Positions 59,431 through 64,000 of a DNA stretch of 64,000 nucleotides are shown here, piece by piece. The position numbers and the translations under genes were made by a program. Under the pieces are notes generated by a model, which was not told the DNA's origin, did not search any database, and worked only from the letters and a program-made list of their open reading frames with translations. The stretch comes from an uncultured Prevotella sp. Lineage in GTDB: Bacteria > Bacteroidota > Bacteroidia > Bacteroidales > Bacteroidaceae. Where the stretch lies: contig CAJODF010000014.1 in NCBI GenBank assembly GCA_905233555.1, forward strand, positions 4,043 through 68,042, written 5' to 3'. The stretch's first letter is position 1, and each line of letters begins with the position of its first letter.

Positions 59431-59462
59431 TTTTCACCTTTTCAACTTTTCACCTTTTCAAC
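59431..59462. repeat. Octamer tandem repeat TTTTCA(C/A)C x4
   Basis: Read directly; the last unit supplies the stop codon of the oxidoreductase gene. Confidence 0.85.
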
Positions 59463-61059
59463 TTTGCCCCAAATATGCCGCAGCCGCTTCCGCACAACGC
59501 TCTCCATCGACACCTGCAGAGACAATTCCACCTGCATATCCGGCTCCTTCGCCACAGGGGAAAAGGCCCTGAATACGGACATGTTGCAGCGTCTCCCTGT
59601 CTCTGATGATACGTACAGGACTGCTGGTTCGTGTCTCTACGGCAATCATCACTGCCTCGTTGGTCAGGAATCCATGTGCATTGCGTCCAAAGGTCTTAAA
59701 TCCTTCCTGCAAACGCTGGGAGATCATCTTCGGCAACCAGAAGTGCAAGGGACTCGATATCAGGCCTGGGGCATACGACGACTTGGGCAGGTCATAACTC
59801 AACTTTCCATTCACGAAGTCGGCCATTCGCTGGGCAGGTGCCGTCTGTCGCATATTCCCTTGCTGCCAACACATCCGTTCCAATTCCTCCTGAAACGCCA
59901 TCACCTTCAGTTCTCCACTTTCTTGCGTTTTTTCTATGTCCTCAGGACGTACTTCTACCACCATTCCAGAGTTCGACCAAGCCGTCCCCCGACTGGCAGG
60001 ACTCATGCCATTCACCACAATCTGCTGTTTGTCCGTCGCTGCAGGAATCACAAAACCGCCCGGACACATACAGAATGAATATACCCCTCGCCCTGAAACC
60101 TGCGTCACCATCGCATACTCTGCAGCAGGCAAATACTTGCCTCTACCTTGTTTATTATGATACTGAATCTGGTCGATTAACTGACTAGGATGTTCGAGTC
60201 TCACGCCCATTGCAATGCCCTTCGCTTCAATTTCAATCTTTGCTTCAGACAAATATCTGTAAACGTCTCTAGCAGAATGACCTGTAGCGAGAATGACAGG
60301 GCCACGAAATTCTAATTCACAATTACCAATTGACAATTCACAATTAGTGGTCACTGCCTCAACACCAACAACCCTGCCAGCCTGGCAATTGTCAATTATC
60401 AATCGCGTCATCTTCGTCTGGAAATGCACCTCGCCCCCACAATTGATAATGGTATTTCGCATCGCCTCGATGACCTTCGGCAGACGGTCTGTGCCGATAT
60501 GCGGATGGGCATCAGCGAGGATGGCCGTCGAAGCCCCATGCTGACAGAACACATTCAGTATTTTGTCCGTATTACCCCGTTTCTTCGAGCGTGTGTAGAG
60601 TTTGCCGTCCGAGTAGGCACCAGCCCCACCCTCGCCGAAACAGTAGTTACTCTCTGGATCCACCTTCTGTGTCTTAGTAATGTTCGCCAAGTCCTTCTTG
60701 CGTTCGTGCACGTTCTTACCCCTTTCCAGCACGATGGGTCTGTAGCCCAGTTCTATCAATCGCAGGGCAGCGAAAAGTCCCCCAGGTCCTGCTCCCACCA
60801 CGATCACCTGTGGTTTGCCCTCCACATTCGGATAGTCCGTATGCTGGTACTCATCGTCGTGAGGCTGCTCGTTGATATAGACACGTACCTTCAGGTTCAC
60901 GAATATCTGTCGCTGACGGGCATCAATACTGCGCTTCAAGATCCTCACCCCACAGATCGTTCTCGCGTCAATACCCTGCTCTTCAGCCAGATAAGCCTTC
61001 AACCTATCCTCCTGTGCCGCTACCTCTGGCACCACCCGTATTTGATATTCAGTCGTCAT
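59458..61059 (-). CDS. Conserved uncharacterised FAD/NAD(P)-dependent oxidoreductase
   Basis: VVGAGPGG, FGEGGAGAYSDGKL, ATGHSARD, GVRLEHP, SFCMCPGG, ETRTSSP, GEGAGYAGGI. Confidence 0.92.
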   Translation of the reverse strand: MTTEYQIRVVPEVAAQEDRLKAYLAEEQGIDARTICGVRILKRSIDARQRQIFVNLKVRVYINEQPHDDEYQHTDYPNVEGKPQVIVVGAGPGGLFAALRLIELGYRPIVLERGKNVHERKKDLANITKTQKVDPESNYCFGEGGAGAYSDGKLYTRSKKRGNTDKILNVFCQHGASTAILADAHPHIGTDRLPKVIEAMRNTIINCGGEVHFQTKMTRLIIDNCQAGRVVGVEAVTTNCELSIGNCELEFRGPVILATGHSARDVYRYLSEAKIEIEAKGIAMGVRLEHPSQLIDQIQYHNKQGRGKYLPAAEYAMVTQVSGRGVYSFCMCPGGFVIPAATDKQQIVVNGMSPASRGTAWSNSGMVVEVRPEDIEKTQESGELKVMAFQEELERMCWQQGNMRQTAPAQRMADFVNGKLSYDLPKSSYAPGLISSPLHFWLPKMISQRLQEGFKTFGRNAHGFLTNEAVMIAVETRTSSPVRIIRDRETLQHVRIQGLFPCGEGAGYAGGIVSAGVDGERCAEAAAAYLGQS

Positions 61060-61116
61060 GTTCCCTATATCTGTAAACTAATTTCGCAATTTCCTCAATC
61101 GACTCGTTTTCAGGCT

Positions 61117-61182
61117 CTGCCTAGGAAAAACTTGTTCCCTGCCTAGGGAAAATTTTCTGCCTGCCCAGGCCGCAAAAATTCC
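61117..61182. repeat. 22-bp period tandem repeat with a CCTAGG core
   Basis: CTGCCTAGGAAAAACTTGTTCC / CTGCCTAGGGAAAATTTTCTGC / CTGCCCAGGCCGCAAAAATTCC. Confidence 0.7.
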
Positions 61183-61299
61183 GTCTCTCGTTTGACATTG
61201 CAAAAGTACAAAAAAAATACTTCGCTACCTAATTTTTGTAGCGAAACTTCTAGTTAAAATTTGTAAAGACAGGAAGCCAGCATTTTAACAATCCATCAA

Positions 61300-61503
61300 A
61301 AGCGTCTTTTTGTCTTTTTGTCTTTTTTGATTTTTTGTAAATGTGCAAAAAATCACTCCGCTGACACTCAGACTTCGCGCACCTTATATATAATATATAA
61401 TTAAATTAATATTTATTAACAAGATTATCATCTCTCCACCTCAAAAATGTGCATTTTGCGAAAAACTAAAAAAGACAAAAAGACGAAAAGACAAAAGACG
61501 CTT
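61300..61503. repeat. 204-bp non-coding element with inverted terminal repeat arrays (MITE-like)
   Basis: Left arm AAGCGTC(TTTTTGTC)n, right arm (GACAAAAA)n GACGCTT, AT-only palindromic centre. Confidence 0.65.
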
Positions 61504-61628
61504 AAAGTGCAAAAAGGGTAAAAATAACACTATTTTCTGTTAACGCACACAATGGTTTTGTCGAGCAAAATCATCCATTTTTCACAAATTTTAATAGTCA
61601 AAATAAAGGTTGTTATTTCAATATTTTG

Positions 61629-61636
61629 TATCTTTG
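61629..61636 (+). promoter_or_regulatory. -7 promoter element for the 61714 gene
   Basis: TATCTTTG followed by an AT-rich leader and ATG at 61714. Confidence 0.6.
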
Positions 61637-61713
61637 CAATATATTTAACTTAGACACTTAAAGTATTTTATATTCATTTAATTAATTTATTTACTAACTA
61701 AAATTATTAGCTT

Positions 61714-64000
61714 ATGAACAAAAAGGTTACTAAATTGTTCCTGCTGTTGATGGCTCTTCTCGCTCCCTCCGTCGGCTGGGCGCAAGATCCGACCGTAACA
61801 ACACAAGGAATGACGTTCACGTGGGACACGAACTCGAACTACTACGTCCTCACGTCTTTTGATGCGGCAGCGTATGCCGGTAATAATGAAGCCACATTTG
61901 GTTTGTATCTTCCCGAGACCATCGGAGATCTGACTGGCAACGGTGAAACTTATGACATCGGTGGTATTGGAGAAGGTGCTTTCGAAGGTTGCGCAGGTTT
62001 AACCACTATTACCCTGCCGGCAATTCTTTCCAGAATCGACGCAAACGCTTTCAAAGATTGTTCGAGTTTGTTAGGTGTCTTTTTCAATGGTTCGCTTAGC
62101 AACGTTGCCATTGACGAGACGGCTTTTAGTGGCTCTGGTACAGTAGAGGATCCGATTAGTATCCAACTCAACTGGAGTTACGAACCAGAATTTAACAAGT
62201 ATGTGACTGGTTTGGCCCAATGGACTGACGGCGTCGGTGACTGGAAAGGCGGTAAAATCAAGACATACAACTCCACAGCAAATTGGCTTACTGGAGGCTA
62301 TCGTGTTATCTACGCCTTAAATGGCAGTCTTGAAGGAGAAGGCCTTTCGTGGAAGATCATTAGTGCCAAAAAGGTAACAGATCCAGAAGAACTGCCTGAT
62401 GATTTCAATGGCCAATATGAATTATATATTGATAATAATATCAATGTTGCAAATGCTTGGGATCCTGCACAGGTAACAGCAGTCAAGGAGGGTGTTTTTT
62501 CAGGAATAGGCACAGAGACAGACCCTGTACCTGTTAATGGAAGTTTGATTCACCTTAAGAAATTAGGCCTGACTTTCAGCAATGGCCTAGGACTGTTGGC
62601 TGGTGGTTATTTCCAGATTGGCCAATCAGAAGACAATGATGGAATCCGTGTATATTATGCCTATAATGAGGATGCCGAAGGCAATAGTTACTATGAGGCG
62701 ACCAAGACCAGCGTATCGCCTTATGTAGATGATAATTTCAACGAATTTAAACTTGCGCTTGAATCACAGATTGGTTTTTGGGACAACGAAACAAGTACTC
62801 ATGTCGAATATCCTGTCAAAACCATTAAGACCGGCCTTGCCGAAGGCGTAAAGGATATCGTTACGGCTGTCGAATTCCGTTTTGGAATCGACGACGCTCC
62901 GACCTTTGAGGACGGTGCGCTGACTGGTATTGGCTCAACAACTGCCCCTATGGAACTCACTACCGACATCGCTATCTTTAAGGAGATTGGCGGCGACTTG
63001 TCAACCGGTATGCTGGCGGGCGGCTACTTTAAGTTGATTCGTGAAGCATGGGCAGGCAGCGGCTTCGACCAAGCCAAGTATGAACTGATCAATGGAGAAT
63101 ATGTGTTGGCAAAGCCCATCCAGGCATGGGATGGATATACTGGCGATTACAACCTGTATATCATTACACAATTCTACGATGACTGGGATAACGAGACGCA
63201 AACTTATAAATCTATCACCAAGGTGGCAGAAATTAAGAAGAGCGCCTTCGATGAGATCCGTGATAAGAACATTTCTTATGTCTATTTCGAGGGAGCCAAT
63301 GCTACAGCCATTGAGGATGGTGCATTCCAGGGCTTCGGAACTGCAGAAGCACCTATGAGATTTCAGGGAAGTGCTCCTGTCACATTACTGACGAATCTGC
63401 AGGCAACAGCCACTGACGGTGTCTATAACATCGCTGGCGGTTTCTTCCAGGTGATTAAGCGAGATGGTATTGTTGAGTACGCACTGAACGGTGATGAATA
63501 TATTGTCTCAGGCTATAATGAAGAAGAAGCGCAGAATTACATTGACAACGGATGGGATATTTGGTTAAATATCAATAACTCATACAGAGAGTGGTATGTG
63601 AAGGACGATGGTACCGAAGAATACAAGGACATCTTTGTCACAAAGATCAAGGCCAACGCCTTCAATGGACTCACTGGTGTTGAAAACATCTATTTCGGTG
63701 CACAGAAATTAACCGAAATCGGTGAGAATGCCTTCAAGGGCTTCGGTACGGCTGAGGCTCCGATGACTCTGAATGCAAGCGCACCTGTAGCGTTGCTTAA
63801 GAATCTGAATGCGACGCCTACGGATGGCGTCTATAACCTCGGAGGCGGATTCTTCCAGGTGATTAGGCAAAATGGTTATGTGCTCTATGCGCTGAATGGT
63901 GAAGAATATACAGCCGTCGGCTATGTTGAAGATGCCCAGACCGTTATCAACAACGGAGAAAAGATTCAGATTAACATTACAAACGGTTTCGACGAGCGCG
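61714..64000 (+). CDS. Large secreted repetitive surface protein with LRR_5-like turns (partial, >760 aa; not in the ORF track)
   Basis: Translated by hand with no stop to the window end: MNKKVTKLFLLLMALLAPSVGWA-Q..., IGEGAFEGCAGLTTITLP..LSRIDANAFKDCSSL, recurring F.G.GT.E.P and GG.F motifs. Confidence 0.88.
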   Translation, partial: MNKKVTKLFLLLMALLAPSVGWAQDPTVTTQGMTFTWDTNSNYYVLTSFDAAAYAGNNEATFGLYLPETIGDLTGNGETYDIGGIGEGAFEGCAGLTTITLPAILSRIDANAFKDCSSLLGVFFNGSLSNVAIDETAFSGSGTVEDPISIQLNWSYEPEFNKYVTGLAQWTDGVGDWKGGKIKTYNSTANWLTGGYRVIYALNGSLEGEGLSWKIISAKKVTDPEELPDDFNGQYELYIDNNINVANAWDPAQVTAVKEGVFSGIGTETDPVPVNGSLIHLKKLGLTFSNGLGLLAGGYFQIGQSEDNDGIRVYYAYNEDAEGNSYYEATKTSVSPYVDDNFNEFKLALESQIGFWDNETSTHVEYPVKTIKTGLAEGVKDIVTAVEFRFGIDDAPTFEDGALTGIGSTTAPMELTTDIAIFKEIGGDLSTGMLAGGYFKLIREAWAGSGFDQAKYELINGEYVLAKPIQAWDGYTGDYNLYIITQFYDDWDNETQTYKSITKVAEIKKSAFDEIRDKNISYVYFEGANATAIEDGAFQGFGTAEAPMRFQGSAPVTLLTNLQATATDGVYNIAGGFFQVIKRDGIVEYALNGDEYIVSGYNEEEAQNYIDNGWDIWLNINNSYREWYVKDDGTEEYKDIFVTKIKANAFNGLTGVENIYFGAQKLTEIGENAFKGFGTAEAPMTLNASAPVALLKNLNATPTDGVYNLGGGFFQVIRQNGYVLYALNGEEYTAVGYVEDAQTVINNGEKIQINITNGFDER

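Overview
This 64 kb window looks like chromosome from a Bacteroidota (Prevotella-like) bacterium: TAnnTTTG promoter boxes sit upstream of most operons, many signal peptides end in A-Q, and there is a UpxY antiterminator and T9SS-type C-termini. 1-17.2 kb (minus strand) is a UpxY-led surface polysaccharide locus: upxY, wza, wzz, ugd, two FimB/Mfa2-like lipoproteins, gmd, pseB, pseC, pseF, pseG, an acyltransferase, an ATP-grasp ligase, a second aminotransferase, a BCCT transporter and an outer-membrane protein running off the left edge. 17.3-29.9 kb holds envelope housekeeping genes (PpiD-like, CorC/HlyC, lptC, an OMP, lnb, a PafA-like protein, secA, an ABC ATPase). 29.8-47.9 kb is an accessory block of uncharacterised envelope genes: three LPP20-like proteins, a PEGA/beta-barrel protein, a BACON lipoprotein, two large LRR adhesins, a CHASE2 membrane protein with no output domain and a FecR-like/transglutaminase-like (DCED) fusion. 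This block is the best candidate for an undescribed system, possibly analogous to LapD/LapG adhesin control. 48-61 kb is housekeeping (feoB, ruvC, ModF-like, Crp, lepA, yebC, pheT, Cmk-like, FAD oxidoreductase). From 61.7 kb a large repetitive secreted protein, absent from the ORF track, runs off the right edge. I saw no rRNA, tRNA, CRISPR array, integrase or transposase. Several families of short dispersed repeats occur, some inserted in frame inside genes. All product calls come from motif recognition by eye, not database searches.
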